Part shown: piece after piece, positions 1 to 14,197 of the stretch
How positions within the stretch are numbered: position 1 is the stretch's first letter
Layout: each line of letters opens with the position of its first letter
DNA from: Malacoraja senta
Taxonomy: Eukaryota
NCBI GenBank assembly: GCA_038087875.1
Contig: CM075992.1
Coordinates: forward strand, 10,666,001-10,730,000
DNA: 64,000 nucleotides
Direction: 5' to 3'
Notes under the pieces: model-generated
The model's database searches: none
The model's input: only the letters and a program-made list of their open reading frames with translations
Told to the model about the DNA's origin: nothing
Made by a program: the position numbers and the translations under genes

Positions 1-102
1 AAGAGCCTGCATTTTAGGGCTCTATGGGTGTTTAGACCTGGGGGATGTGTGTGTGGTTTTCTTTGTCTGTTGAGACTAGTTTGAAGTCTCAAAAGGAGGG
101 AG
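1..102 (+). mobile_element. 3' internal end and polypurine tract of an upstream endogenous retrovirus
   Basis: 1-102 is homologous to 20523-20621, which lies between env and the 3' LTR; PPT AAAAGGAGGGAG at 91-102. Confidence 0.75.
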
Positions 103-812
103 TTATATAGAAGTTTTATAAGAAATTATATTGCAGAACAATTAATTCAAACATTCATCATAGCCAGCAGAGATGTCAGCTATTTTTATATAATCAGACA
201 TCAGCTTATTGTACTCAGACTCACGTGATTGTTAGTTTTGCAGCATTTAACATTTATCTAGTAATGTAATTAAAACATTTACTAAAGTTTGCAGAGGTCA
301 GCTATTTTATGTGAACAGACGTCATGGCACAAAAACAAGCGACGTCTTGTTTTTTTATTTTGCTTTAGCTAGTACACCATGGTAGACTCAGAGATTAAAG
401 TTAAAGAGCAAGGACATAGTGAAAGATTAGAGTTATAGAAGCATGCATACCAAGTAACCGCAGATAAGGTTGAAAGAGTGCAATATAATGGTTCTTGTTT
501 GTGTAGATCAGGAAACAATTAGAGAGAGAGACCAGGCCGTGTTGTCTCTGAATGTTCCAAGCCAAACATTGTTTGCAAATAAAGGCTTTTCGTCTTCTTG
601 AAGAATTCTCCGTGTCTGTGTCATCTTATCCAAACTTTGAGTCTTAAAACCACGACAGTATAAAAAGAGATGATCCTTTGTTTGTGGCTCAGAGAGCTCC
701 ACGTGAATTGATGACGTGGGGGAATCCAACTTTTGTTTGCAAATAAATGTTTAAACGTCTTGAAGAATTCTCCGCGTGGCCTGAATTAATTTGAGTATTG
801 AAAACCACAACA
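103..812 (+). repeat. ERV LTR (103-657) plus a second diverged TATA-R-U5 segment (658-812)
   Basis: Homologous to 20622-22150. AATAAA near 578 and 742; ends CCACGACA (657) and CCACAACA (812); TATAAAA at 659; PBS follows. Confidence 0.75.
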
Positions 813-816
813 TAAT

Positions 817-834
817 TGGCGCAGCGAGCAGGGT
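817..834 (+). promoter_or_regulatory. Primer-binding site complementary to tRNA-Ser(TGA)
   Basis: TGGCGCAGCGAGCAGGGT, 4 nt after the LTR-terminal CA, is the reverse complement of the vertebrate tRNA-Ser(TGA) 3' end ACCCTGCTCGCTGCGCCA as I recall it. Confidence 0.8.
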
Positions 835-2899
835 CGGTAAGAGACCGTTAATTAAAAGACAAACAGCCCAGGGCGATTCCCAGCCCCTCTGTGGCTTCTA
901 GGGACAACATGAAAAAAGGTGGCCACTATATAAATTAGGCGGTTTTCCGCTTCATTTGGACTAATAACACGTTGTTCATGGGAAGCCATTGGGGACACAG
1001 AGTGCCTATGTATTTAGAAGGTCTCTCCGACCAAAGAATCTGGCACTAAATTGTCTAGGAGACGTGGAGGATTGCTCGAGAAGTCTGCGCAGTAGGGTAA
1101 GTAGAAGATAGTTAAGTTGAGTAGTATTTTGTACAGAATGTATATATGACCTTGCAGATACCACATGTTGAGAGGACCGCAGGGTTTGCTTAGGCAAGGC
1201 ATCCTAAAACCTGCGGATTAGACCGTTGAGAAGAGAGCGAGGTCCGTGTAGAGATGTGCGGATTAGACTGTTGAGAGGACCGCAGGGTCCGAATATGGCA
1301 GGTATTATCCTGTGGCGACCATTCTTAGAGAAGAGAAGGGAATCTGATCAGACAGGATATAATGTATATATTTATAATCAGGGGGAATAGGGTCTTATTA
1401 GGTCGTGTAAAATTGTAAAATGTTAAGGGCTAGGGTAGATAAAAAAAAGCGCTGATAAGAAGATCTCAGAGAATAAGCATTGAGTAGTTTAAACTAGAAT
1501 AGTAAGTTATAAACTAACCTAAAGTTTGGAATGTAGAACTGACCAGTTGGGGGCAAATGGAAACAAAGGAAACGAACATGGAATGAAGAACTGTTAAAAA
1601 GGTAGAAAGATGAAAAAGGAAAGAAAGAGGGAGAAATGAAAGCGATTTCGGTGGTGAAATAAGGACTGGAAGTGCTCCCAGTTTAAAAGAACAGATTAAA
1701 AAAAGAAGGGAGTTTGAGGCAGAAAAATACAGAGAAACAATATTAAATCAAACAGGAAGAGTTAAACGGCACAGAGCAACAGAGAAGTAATGCGGCAGAT
1801 AAAAGAGGAAAGAAGAGCGTAAAATCATGATTGCTAAAGGATAGAAACTGTTTGTGTAAAATATAGAACCTTGCCTACCACTGCACAGAGACAAAGGAGA
1901 AAGTGTGCTCTGTGTCTGAAGCTTGATGGGAGTGGGGTGTGGTCAGATGTTGAGTGACGAGGAGTCTGATTGGTTGTGATCTTAGTGGGGTGTGGATAGA
2001 ATTTGAGTGACAGTGAGTCTGACTAATCACGATCTGAATCAATGTCCAATCACAGCGCTCAGGAACCTGACTGATAGGGGTTTAGACCATCCTACTTTAA
2101 CTTTAAACACCAGGAAGATAAGAATGTATACATTTGTGTTTTGAAACTTTAATATGTGTAGAAAATTGCATAATTTCTTTGAAGTAAGAATGGAACGAAT
2201 GTGATTTGTGTGAAAAAACGTTTTTTGAATGAATTCAGATGTTCAGATATGTGATAAGTCCTTTGTTTGTTGTAAACCACATGCTGTAAGGGTAGGTGTG
2301 AGTGTCCCTTTAAGAAACTGTAAACGGGGGAGGTGAACCTATGCACAGCTACCCTATGCTGTAAGGTAACGATTAATGCTTTGTTTCCTCTCAACTTTAA
2401 AGTTGGAAAATGTAGGTTGCTTGGTTTTTCTGATGTTTCTTTTATATTTCTATTCAGTAAGTTAATTTGGAAAAAATTTACTCGTATGTATATATACTAG
2501 GAATCGAAAATAGGGAATAGTGGGGAAAATGGATTGAAATAATTGGAAATAGGTTAATTGCTGCAACAAGAGCAGCTTTTATGGTTTCTTTAGATAAATA
2601 TTCTGGTTGAAGAAGGGTAATAAATCAATGGGGCCCGGGGGGGGGGAGGGAGTTGTCTGACAATGAGTTAATCATGAGTTCAAGTGGTATTTTGCTAAAC
2701 CACTGGATATTTCTGGAATAGAACATCTTTGATCACCCCTATTTGACAGAAAAAGTGAAAGTTTGTATGGTTTACTTTAATCTGTTGTATTTACCTGTTT
2801 TTAAGATGCAAATAATTGATAAAGTGCACAACACAAGATAATACGATAAGTAAGGTAACTGCGGTTGGATTCCTAAGTAAAAAAGTTCCCTGTATCTGA

Positions 2900-4300
2900 A
2901 GAGGATATTATAAAGCACTCTGGGAAATGAGGACATAGAAAGGAAATTGGTGACGAAGTGGCCCAAGGAAGGCACTTTCAAGATAGATGTGTGACAAGAT
3001 AGACGTGTTAATTATGAATTATATGCCACAGATAAATTGGAAAAGTGGGAAAAAGGAAAGGAAATGAATTACTTAAGCAGTTTAGAGAGAAAGAAGAGCG
3101 AGGCAGTGAGGAGGCAACAGTATTAGAGACGACAGGTGTGAAAGTAATAAATCAGGAGGAGTCAGTGGAAGATTTTAAAAGGAAGGTGAATGAATTTGCA
3201 TAAGAGCCTAGAATATCTGAGAAGCGAGAAATTGCGTTTAGAATAAGAAAGATGGCATACCAAAAAAGGATTAAAGTGGGAAGACATGGTGATAGAAGAA
3301 GAGCAATAGGAACAGAGGGATACATTGATGATACTGCTTTAAAAAGAAAAGAGCAGAGCAGACACAGATTAACCTTTGGGGCACCCATAACCTGAGAAGG
3401 CTAAAAATACCTTACCCAATATTCCTGATGGGGCAGGAAATGGATTAGGACATTGGAGGAGGAGAACGCAGGACGCTTATTTGCTATGGGAGATTTGAAA
3501 GCACTGTTGGCTGAAGTAATAGGAACCACTAAACTGACAGTACTCCTGAAGATGGCTGGTATAAAAATGCTGTGATTAATGCAATAAACAATGGCATGCT
3601 GTTTGACACACAGGCAGAGCGTATGGCAGGCCCTCGGACAATGTTACCCACTTAAGGTGGACCACAATGCATTGAGGGGAGATCCACTGGGAGAGTCCAG
3701 CAGCCTATCTGGACAACCAGCTGAAAAGATGGTGACTCGAAACTGAACAAGAAATAGAAGGCAACCAGTTAATGAACACTATATTCTGAAACACTGTGGT
3801 GGATGCCATGCCTCCTCAAATCAAGTCTAGATTGGAGGAGGATGTGGGATTGTCATCTATGTCAAACCCCCGGTTCAGCGATCATTTGGTCCATGCGGTC
3901 GAGAAATATCGCAAAGATAAGAAAAAGACTTGCAGACCAGCAGGAAGAGGTGCTGAGAAAAGTGATGCAAATGTAACTTGAAGAGCTCAAAAAGAAAGAG
4001 CGTGAAAAAGGTAAGATAATGTTTTCAATAACAACAGACCTGGTTGGAAAGACTTAAATAAGTGATGCACCGACACACAGTGAGTCCTATGACAGAGCCA
4101 AACAGGGGCCAGATAATCCCATGCAAATAATAAATGTCTTTGGGGGAACGTTTCCTCAAATGCCCTATCAGGAGTGAAATAAATATGGATATAAGCCCAG
4201 ACAGGACTGGGGTCCCCAAGGGAGGGAGGGACCTCAAGGAGGAGGTCGAGGAAGGCTTGTAAGGAGGCAGGTAATGGATAACGTGTGTTGGGGATGTGAA
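2900..4300 (+). pseudogene. gag: ERV gag (copy 1; repeated at +4293 and +8586)
   Basis: Matrix-like KWPKEGTF at ~2956-2979, capsid-like VDAMPPQIKSRLEE, start of a zinc knuckle CWGC at 4286-4297; stops and frameshifts. Confidence 0.7.
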
Positions 4301-4379
4301 CAGGTATGGTAATCAGGAAATAATAATTATTATATTAAGATAGTGGTGAACATAGCAATTATAAGAACATTAAGAAGAG

Positions 4380-5611
4380 GTATTAAATACACCTAGGCTA
4401 TGATGCCGCAGGGATATAAATACTCGCCCTGTGTTTTCAATAAGATGTTAAAGACAGATTTGGAAGGTGGGCCCTTAGAAAGTATTTGATACAGTATGTG
4501 GATGATTTGTTGGTTTGATCCACAAGTGAAAAACAATGTGAACGAGACATTTTAATTCTCTTGGAAAAGATGGCATAGTAGGTCATAAAGTATCAAGGAA
4601 GAAGTTGCTGTTTTGTCAGCAGCGGGTAGAATATTCAGGGTGAGTAATATCTAAAGAAGTAAAAACTATAGCACCGAACCAGATAGAGGCAATAAAAGCT
4701 CCCAAACCTCAGACAGTAGGACAGATGATGATGATCTTGGGATTGTCAGGATATAGTTCAGATTAGATTGGAATGTATGTTGAAATTGTGATGCCATTAA
4801 GGAAAATAATGAAGGAAGAAGGACACACAAGTCTGAGAAATGTTTACAGTCAGGGCATTTGAATGAAGGGGACATAAAAGGTTTTGCTTGTGGATGATTC
4901 TTGTTAAAGAGATCATAATAGCAAGTATGCATGGTTTGCAGTGGTGCATCAGGATGACTTAGGATTTAAGGTAATTAAATTGGAAGCTTGCATGCAATCT
5001 TGCTCAGCTCAGTTGGCAGAAATTAAGGCTTTAAGAGCAGCATGTGAGATGAGGTGAGAAAGCAAAAGTGTATACAGACTCAGCATATGCACATGGGGTC
5101 TTTCACATGTTTGGATAAGTAGGGAAACAGAAAGGCTTTGAGAAAGCAACGGAGACCCCATGCAAAGTTAGCAGTAGAGTACATACCTGATAAGGGCAAA
5201 AATGAAGCCAGGGGCACTTGCTGTCATTAAATGCCAAGCACATAAGAAGGGAAATAACATGATTATAAAGGGAAATCATAGTGCGGACGAAGCAGCCAGA
5301 ACAGCATCTGGAGGCTGATCAGCTGTTATTGCGCCTCGGGTAAGCTTGGATCTGGAACCCACAGAGGAGGACATAATTAAAATGTAAGGTAAGGTAATCT
5401 AAGCAGATCAAACTATGTGGAGACAAAGGGGAGCTAAGGAGAACTTGAAGGGGATGTGGATTACTGAAGGATTGTTGGTAGCACCCACACCATTCCTGAC
5501 CATCCTTATTACAGAAGTACATGGTTTAGATTATTGCGCAAAGGGGGGAAGTTATAAAGAAGGTAAGAGGAAAAAGGTATAGGCTAGTAGTGAGTGATAT
5601 ATTTAGAAGGT
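4380..5611 (+). pseudogene. pol: ERV pol (RT core, RNase H, start of integrase), internally deleted; repeated in each tandem unit
   Basis: MPQGYKYSP, QYVDDLLV (YVDD 4495-4506), SAQLAEIKAL, VYTDSAYA, KCQAH...GNHSADEAA; no recognisable protease or RT N-terminus after the gag knuckle. Confidence 0.85.
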
Positions 5612-8600
5612 GACCATTCTTAGAGAAGAGAAGGGAATCTGATCAGACAGGATATAATGTATATATTTATAATCAGGGGGAATAGGGTCTTATTAGGTCG
5701 TGTAAAATTGTAAAATGTTAAGGGCTAGGGTAGATAAAGAAAGCGCTGTTAAGAAGATCTCAGAGAATAAGCATTGAGTAGTTTAAACTAGAATAGTAAG
5801 TTATAAACTAACCTAAAGTTTGGAATGTAGAACTGACCAGTTGGGGGCAAATGGAAACAAAGGAAACGAACATGGAATGAAGAACTGTTAAAAAGGTAGA
5901 AAGATGAAAAAGGAAAGAAAGAGGGAGAAATGAAAGCGATTTCGGTGGTGAAATAAGGACTGGAAGTGCTCCCAGTTTAAAAGAACAGATTAAAAAAAGA
6001 AGGGAGTTTGAGGCAGAAAAATACAGAGAAACAATATTAAATCAAACAGGAAGAGTTAAACGGCACAGAGCAACAGAGAAGTAATGCGGCAGATAAAAGA
6101 GGAAAGAAGAGCGTAAAATCATGATTGCTAAAGGATAGAAACTGTTTGTGTAAAATATAGAACCTTGCCTACCACTGCACAGAGACAAAGGAGAAAGTGT
6201 GCTCTGTGTCTGAAGCTTGATGGGAGTGGGGTGTGGTCAGATGTTGAGTGACGAGGAGTCTGATTGGTTGTGATCTTAGTGGGGTGTGGATAGAATTTGA
6301 GTGACAGTGAGTCTGACTAATCACGATCTGAATCAATGTCCAATCACAGCGCTCAGGAACCTGACTGATAGGGGTTTAGACCATCCTACTTTAACTTTAA
6401 ACACCAGGAAGATAAGAATGTATACATTTGTGTTTTGAAACTTTAATATGTGTAGAAAATTGCATAATTTCTTTGAAGTAAGAATGGAACGAATGTGATT
6501 TGTGTGAAAAAACGTTTTTTGAATGAATTCAGATGTTCAGATATGTGATAAGTCCTTTGTTTGTTGTAAACCACATGCTGTAAGGGTAGGTGTGAGTGTC
6601 CCTTTAAGAAACTGTAAACGGGGGAGGTGAACCTATGCACAGCTACCCTATGCTGTAAGGTAACGATTAATGCTTTGTTTCCTCTCAACTTTAAAGTTGG
6701 AAAATGTAGGTTGCTTGGTTTTTCTGATGTTTCTTTTATATTTCTATTCAGTAAGTTAATTTGGAAAAAATTTACTCGTATGTATATATACTAGGAATCG
6801 AAAATAGGGAATAGTGGGGAAAATGGATTGAAATAATTGGAAATAGGTTAATTGCTGCAACAAGAGCAGCTTTTATGGTTTCTTTAGATAAATATTCTGG
6901 TTGAAGAAGGGTAATAAATCAATGGGGTCCGGGGGGGGGAGGGAGTTGTCTGACAATGAGTTAATCATGAGTTCAAGTGGTATTTTGCTAAACCACTGGA
7001 TATTTCTGGAATAGAACATCTTTGATCACCCCTATTTGACAGAAAAAGTGAACGTTTGTATGGTTTACTTTAATCTGTTGTATTTACCTGTTTTTAAGAT
7101 GCAAATAATTGATAAAGTGCACAACACAAGATAATACGATAAGTAAGGTAACTGCGGTTGGATTCCTAAGTAAAAAAGTTCCCTGTATCTGAAGAGGATA
7201 TTATAAAGCACTCTGGGAAATGAGGACATAGAAAGGAAATTGGTGACGAAGTGGCCCAAGGAAGGCACTTTCAAGATAGATGTGTGACAAGATAGACGTG
7301 TTAATTATGAATTATATGCCACAGATAAATTGGAAAAGTGGGAAAAAGGAAAGGAAATGAATTACTTAAGCAGTTTAGAGAGAAAGAAGAGCGAGGCAGT
7401 GAGGAGGCAACAGTATTAGAGACGACAGGTGTGAAAGTAATAAATCAGGAGGAGTCAGTGGAAGATTTTAAAAGGAAGGTGAATGAATTTGCATAAGAGC
7501 CTAGAATATCTGAGAAGCGAGAAATTGCGTTTAGAATAAGAAAGATGGCATACCAAAAAAGGATTAAAGTGGGAAGACATGGTGATAGAAGAAGAGCAAT
7601 AGGAACAGAGGGATACATTGATGATACTGCTTTAAAAAGAAAAGAGCAGAGCAGACACAGATTAACCTTTGGGGCACCCATAACCTGAGAAGGCTAAAAA
7701 TACCTTACCCAATATTCCTGATGGGGCAGGAAATGGATTAGGACATTGGAGGAGGAGAACGCAGGACGCTTATTTGCTATGGGAGATTTGAAAGCACTGT
7801 TGGCTGAAGTAATAGGAACCACTAAACTGACAGTACTCCTGAAGATGGCTGGTATAAAAATGCTGTGATTAATGCAATAAACAATGGCATGCTGTTTGAC
7901 ACACAGGCAGAGCGTATGGCAGGCCCTCGGACAATGTTACCCACTTAAGGTGGACCACAATGCATTGAGGGGAGATCCACTGGGAGAGTCCAGCAGCCTA
8001 TCTGGACAACCAGCTGAAAAGATGGTGACTCGAAACTGAACAAGAAATAGAAGGCAACCAGTTAATGAACACTATATTCTGAAACACTGTGGTGGATGCC
8101 ATGCCTCCTCAAATCAAGTCTAGATTGGAGGAGGATGTGGGATTGTCATCTATGTCAAACCCCCGGTTCAGCGATCATTTGGTCCATGCGGTCGAGAAAT
8201 ATCGCAAAGATAAGAAAAAGACTTGCAGACCAGCAGGAAGAGGTGCTGAGAAAAGTGATGCAAATGTAACTTGAAGAGCTCAAAAAGAAAGAGCGTGAAA
8301 AAGGTAAGATAATGTTTTCAATAACAACAGACCTGGTTGGAAAGACTGAAATAAGTGATGCACCGACACACAGTGAGTCCTATGACAGAGCCAAACAGGG
8401 GCCAGATAATCCCATGCAAATAATAAATGTCTTTGGGGGAACGTTTCCTCAAATGCCCTATCAGGAGTGAAATAAATATGGATATAAGCCCAGACAGGAC
8501 TGGGGTCCCCAAGGGAGGGAGGGACCTCAAGGAGGAGGTCGAGGAAGGCTTGTAAGGAGGCAGGTAATGGATAACGTGTGTTGGGGATGTGAACAGGTAT

Positions 8601-11600
8601 GGTAATCAGGAAATAATAATTATTATATTAAGATAGTGGTGAACATAGCAATTATAAGAACATTAAGAAGAGGTATTAAATACACCTAGGCTATGATGCC
8701 GCAGGGATATAAATACTCGCCCTGTGTTTTCAATAAGATGTTAAAGACAGATTTGGAAGGTGGGCCCTTAGAAAGTATTTGATACAGTATGTGGATGATT
8801 TGTTGGTTTGATCCACAAGTGAAAAACAATGTGAACGAGACATTTTAATTCTCTTGGAAAAGATGGCATAGTAGGTCATAAAGTATCAAGGAAGAAGTTG
8901 CTGTTTTGTCAGCAGCGGGTAGAATATTCAGGGTGAGTAATATCTAAAGAAGTAAAAACTATAGCACCGAACCAGATAGAGGCAATAAAAGCTCCCAGAC
9001 CTCAGACAGTAGGACAGATGATGATGATCTTGGGATTGTCAGGATATAGTTCAGATTAGATTGGAATGTATGTTGAAATTGTGATGCCATTAAGGAAAAT
9101 AATGAAGGAAGAAGGACACACAAGTCTGAGAAATGTTTACAGTCAGGGCATTTGAATGAAGGGGACATAAAAGGTTTTGCTTGTGGATGATTCTTGTTAA
9201 AGAGATCATAATAGCAAGTATGCATGGTTTGCAGTGGTGCATCAGGATGACTTAGGATTTAAGGTAATTAAATTGGAAGCTTGCATGCAATCTTGCTCAG
9301 CTCAGTTGGCAGAAATTAAGGCTTTAAGAGCAGCATGTGAGATGAGGTGAGAAAGCAAAAGTGTATACAGACTCAGCATATGCACATGGGGTCTTTCACA
9401 TGTTTGGATAAGTAGGGAAACAGAAAGGCTTTGAGAAAGCAACGGAGACCCCATGCAAAGTTAGCAGTAGAGTACATACCTGATAAGGGCAAAAATGAAG
9501 CCAGGGGCACTTGCTGTCATTAAATGCCAAGCACATAAGAAGGGAAATAACATGATTATAAAGGGAAATCATAGTGCGGACGAAGCAGCCAGAACAGCAT
9601 CTGGAGGCTGATCAGCTGTTATTGCGCCTCGGGTAAGCTTGGATCTGGAACCCACAGAGGAGGACATAATTAAAATGTAAGGTAAGGTAATCTAAGCAGA
9701 TCAAACTATGTGGAGACAAAGGGGAGCTAAGGAGAACTTGAAGGGGATGTGGATTACTGAAGGATTGTTGGTAGCACCCACACCATTCCTGACCATCCTT
9801 ATTACAGAAGTACATGGTTTAGATTATTGCGCAAAGGGGGGAAGTTATAAAGAAGGTAAGAGGAAAAAGGTATAGGCTAGTAGTGAGTGATATATTTAGA
9901 AGGTGACCATTCTTAGAGAAGAGAAGGGAATCTGATCAGACAGGATATAATGTATATATTTATAATCAGGGGGAATAGGGTCTTATTAGGTCGTGTAAAA
10001 TTGTAAAATGTTAAGGGCTAGGGTAGATAAAGAAAGCGCTGATAAGAAGATCTCAGAGAATAAGCATTGAGTAGTTTAAACTAGAATAGTAAGTTATAAA
10101 CTAACCTAAAGTTTGGAATGTAGAACTGACCAGTTGGGGGCAAATGGAAACAAAGGAAACGAACATGGAATGAAGAACTGTTAAAAAGGTAGAAAGATGA
10201 AAAAGGAAAGAAAGAGGGAGAAATGAAAGCGATTTCGGTGGTGAAATAAGGACTGGAAGTGCTCCCAGTTTAAAAGAACAGATTAAAAAAAGAAGGGAGT
10301 TTGAGGCAGAAAAATACAGAGAAACAATATTAAATCAAACAGGAAGAGTTAAACGGCACAGAGCAACAGAGAAGTAATGCGGCAGATAAAAGAGGAAAGA
10401 AGAGCGTAAAATCATGATTGCTAAAGGATAGAAACTGTTTGTGTAAAATATAGAACCTTGCCTACCACTGCACAGAGACAAAGGAGAAAGTGTGCTCTGT
10501 GTCTGAAGCTTGATGGGAGTGGGGTGTGGTCAGATGTTGAGTGACGAGGAGTCTGATTGGTTGTGATCTTAGTGGGGTGTGGATAGAATTTGAGTGACAG
10601 TGAGTCTGACTAATCACGATCTGAATCACTGTCCAATCACAGCGCTCAGGAACCTGACTGATAGGGGTTTAGACCATCCTACTTTAACTTTAAACACCAG
10701 GAAGATAAGAATGTATACATTTGTGTTTTGAAACTTTAATATGTGTAGAAAATTGCATAATTTCTTTGAAGTAAGAATGGAACGAATGTGATTTGTGTGA
10801 AAAAACGTTTTTTGAATGAATTCAGATGTTCAGATATGTGATAAGTCCTTTGTTTGTTGTAAACCACATGCTGTAAGGGTAGGTGTGAGTGTCCCTTTAA
10901 GAAACTGTAAACGGGGGAGGTGAACCTATGCACAGCTACCCTATGCTGTAAGGTAACGATTAATGCTTTGTTTCCTCTCAACTTTAAAGTTGGAAAATGT
11001 AGGTTGCTTGGTTTTTCTGATGTTTCTTTTATATTTCTATTCAGTAAGTTAATTTGGAAAAAATTTACTCGTATGTATATATACTAGGAATCGAAAATAG
11101 GGAATAGTGGGGAAAATGGATTGAAATAATTGGAAATAGGTTAATTGCTGCAACAAGAGCAGCTTTTATGGTTTCTTTAGATAAATATTCTGGTTGAAGA
11201 AGGGTAATAAATCAATGGGGCCCGGGGGGGGGAGGGAGTTGTCTGACAATGAGTTAATCATGAGTTCAAGTGGTATTTTGCTAAACCACTGGATATTTCT
11301 GGAATAGAACATCTTTGATCACCCCTATTTGACAGAAAAAGTGAAAGTTTGTATGGTTTACTTTAATCTGTTGTATTTACCTGTTTTTAAGATGCAAATA
11401 ATTGATAAAGTGCACAACACAAGATAATACGATAAGTAAGGTAACTGCGGTTGGATTCCTAAGTAAAAAAGTTCCCTGTATCTGAAGAGGATATTATAAA
11501 GCACTCTGGGAAATGAGGACATAGAAAGGAAATTGGTGACGAAGTGGCCCAAGGAAGGCACTTTCAAGATAGATGTGTGACAAGATAGACGTGTTAATTA

Positions 11601-14197
11601 TGAATTATATGCCACAGATAAATTGGAAAAGTGGGAAAAAGGAAAGGAAATGAATTACTTAAGCAGTTTAGAGAGAAAGAAGAGCGAGGCAGTGAGGAGG
11701 CAACAGTATTAGAGACGACAGGTGTGAAAGTAATAAATCAGGAGGAGTCAGTGGAAGATTTTAAAAGGAAGGTGAATGAATTTGCATAAGAGCCTAGAAT
11801 ATCTGAGAAGCGAGAAATTGCGTTTAGAATAAGAAAGATGGCATACCAAAAAAGGATTAAAGTGGGAAGACATGGTGATAGAAGAAGAGCAATAGGAACA
11901 GAGGGATACATTGATGATACTGCTTTAAAAAGAAAAGAGCAGAGCAGACACAGATTAACCTTTGGGGCACCCATAACCTGAGAAGGCTAAAAATACCTTA
12001 CCCAATATTCCTGATGGGGCAGGAAATGGATTAGGACATTGGAGGAGGAGAACGCAGGACGCTTATTTGCTATGGGAGATTTGAAAGCACTGTTGGCTGA
12101 AGTAATAGGAACCACTAAACTGACAGTACTCCTGAAGATGGCTGGTATAAAAATGCTGTGATTAATGCAATAAACAATGGCATGCTGTTTGACACACAGG
12201 CAGAGCGTATGGCAGGCCCTCGGACAATGTTACCCACTTAAGGTGGACCACAATGCATTGAGGGGAGATCCACTGGGAGAGTCCAGCAGCCTATCTGGAC
12301 AACCAGCTGAAAAGATGGTGACTCGAAACTGAACAAGAAATAGAAGGCAACCAGTTAATGAACACTATATTCTGAAACACTGTGGTGGATGCCATGCCTC
12401 CTCAAATCAAGTCTAGATTGGAGGAGGATGTGGGATTGTCATCTATGTCAAACCCCCGGTTCAGCGATCATTTGGTCCATGCGGTCGAGAAATATCGCAA
12501 AGATAAGAAAAAGACTTGCAGACCAGCAGGAAGAGGTGCTGAGAAAAGTGATGCAAATGTAACTTGAAGAGCTCAAAAAGAAAGAGCGTGAAAAAGGTAA
12601 GATAATGTTTTCAATAACAACAGACCTGGTTGGAAAGACTGAAATAAGTGATGCACCGACACACAGTGAGTCCTATGACAGAGCCAAACAGGGGCCAGAT
12701 AATCCCATGCAAATAATAAATGTCTTTGGGGGAACGTTTCCTCAAATGCCCTATCAGGAGTGAAATAAATATGGATATAAGCCCAGACAGGACTGGGGTC
12801 CCCAAGGGAGGGAGGGACCTCAAGGAGGAGGTCGAGGAAGGCTTGTAAGGAGGCAGGTAATGGATAACGTGTGTTGGGGATGTGAACAGGTATGGTAATC
12901 AGGAAATAATAATTATTATATTAAGATAGTGGTGAACATAGCAATTATAAGAACATTAAGAAGAGGTATTAAATACACCTAGGCTATGATGCCGCAGGGA
13001 TATAAATACTCGCCCTGTGTTTTCAATAAGATGTTAAAGACAGATTTGGAAGGTGGGCCCTTAGAAAGTATTTGATACAGTATGTGGATGATTTGTTGGT
13101 TTGATCCACAAGTGAAAAACAATGTGAACGAGACATTTTAATTCTCTTGGAAAAGATGGCATAGTAGGTCATAAAGTATCAAGGAAGAAGTTGCTGTTTT
13201 GTCAGCAGCGGGTAGAATATTCAGGGTGAGTAATATCTAAAGAAGTAAAAACTATAGCACCGAACCAGATAGAGGCAATAAAAGCTCCCAAACCTCAGAC
13301 AGTAGGACAGATGATGATGATCTTGGGATTGTCAGGATATAGTTCAGATTAGATTGGAATGCATGTTGAAATTGTGATGCCATTAAGGAAAATAATGAAG
13401 GAAGAAGGACACACAAGTCTGAGAAATGTTTACAGTCAGGGCATTTGAATGAAGGGGACATAAAAGGTTTTGCTTGTGGATGATTCTTGTTAAAGAGATC
13501 ATAATAGCAAGTATGCATGGTTTGCAGTGGTGCATCAGGATGACTTAGGATTTAAGGTAATTAAATTGGAAGCTTGCATGCAATCTTGCTCAGCTCAGTT
13601 GGCAGAAATTAAGGCTTTAAGAGCAGCATGTGAGATGAGGTGAGAAAGCAAAAGTGTATACAGACTCAGCATATGCACATGTGGTCTTTCACATGTTTGG
13701 ATAAGTAGGGAAACAGAAAGGCTTTGAGAAAGCAACGGAGACCCCATGCAAAGTTAGCAGTAGAGTACATACCTGATAAGGGCAAAAATGAAGCCAGGGG
13801 CACTTGCTGTCATTAAATGCCAAGCACATAAGAAGGGAAATAACATGATTATAAAGGGAAATCATAGTGCGGACGAAGCAGCCAGAACAGCATCTGGAGG
13901 CTGATCAGCTGTTATTGCGCCTCGGGTAAGCTTGGATCTGGAACCCACAGAGGAGGACATAATTAAAATGTAAGGTAAGGTAATCTAAGCAGATCAAACT
14001 ATGTGGAGACAAAGGGGAGCTAAGGAGAACTTGAAGGGGATGTGGATTACTGAAGGATTGTTGGTAGCACCCACACCATTCCTGACCATCCTTATTACAG
14101 AAGTACATGGTTTAGATTATTGCGCAAAGGGGGGAAGTTATAAAGAAGGTAAGAGGAAAAAGGTATAGGCTAGTAGTGAGTGATATATTTAGAAGGT

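Larger units (their letters stand above)
1317..14197 (+). repeat. Three head-to-tail copies of a ~4293-bp ERV leader-gag-pol segment (1317-5611, 5612-9904, 9905-14197)
   Basis: The ORF set recurs at +4293/4294; junction AGAAGGTG|ACCATTC at 5612 and 9905; only a handful of differences between copies. Confidence 0.97.
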
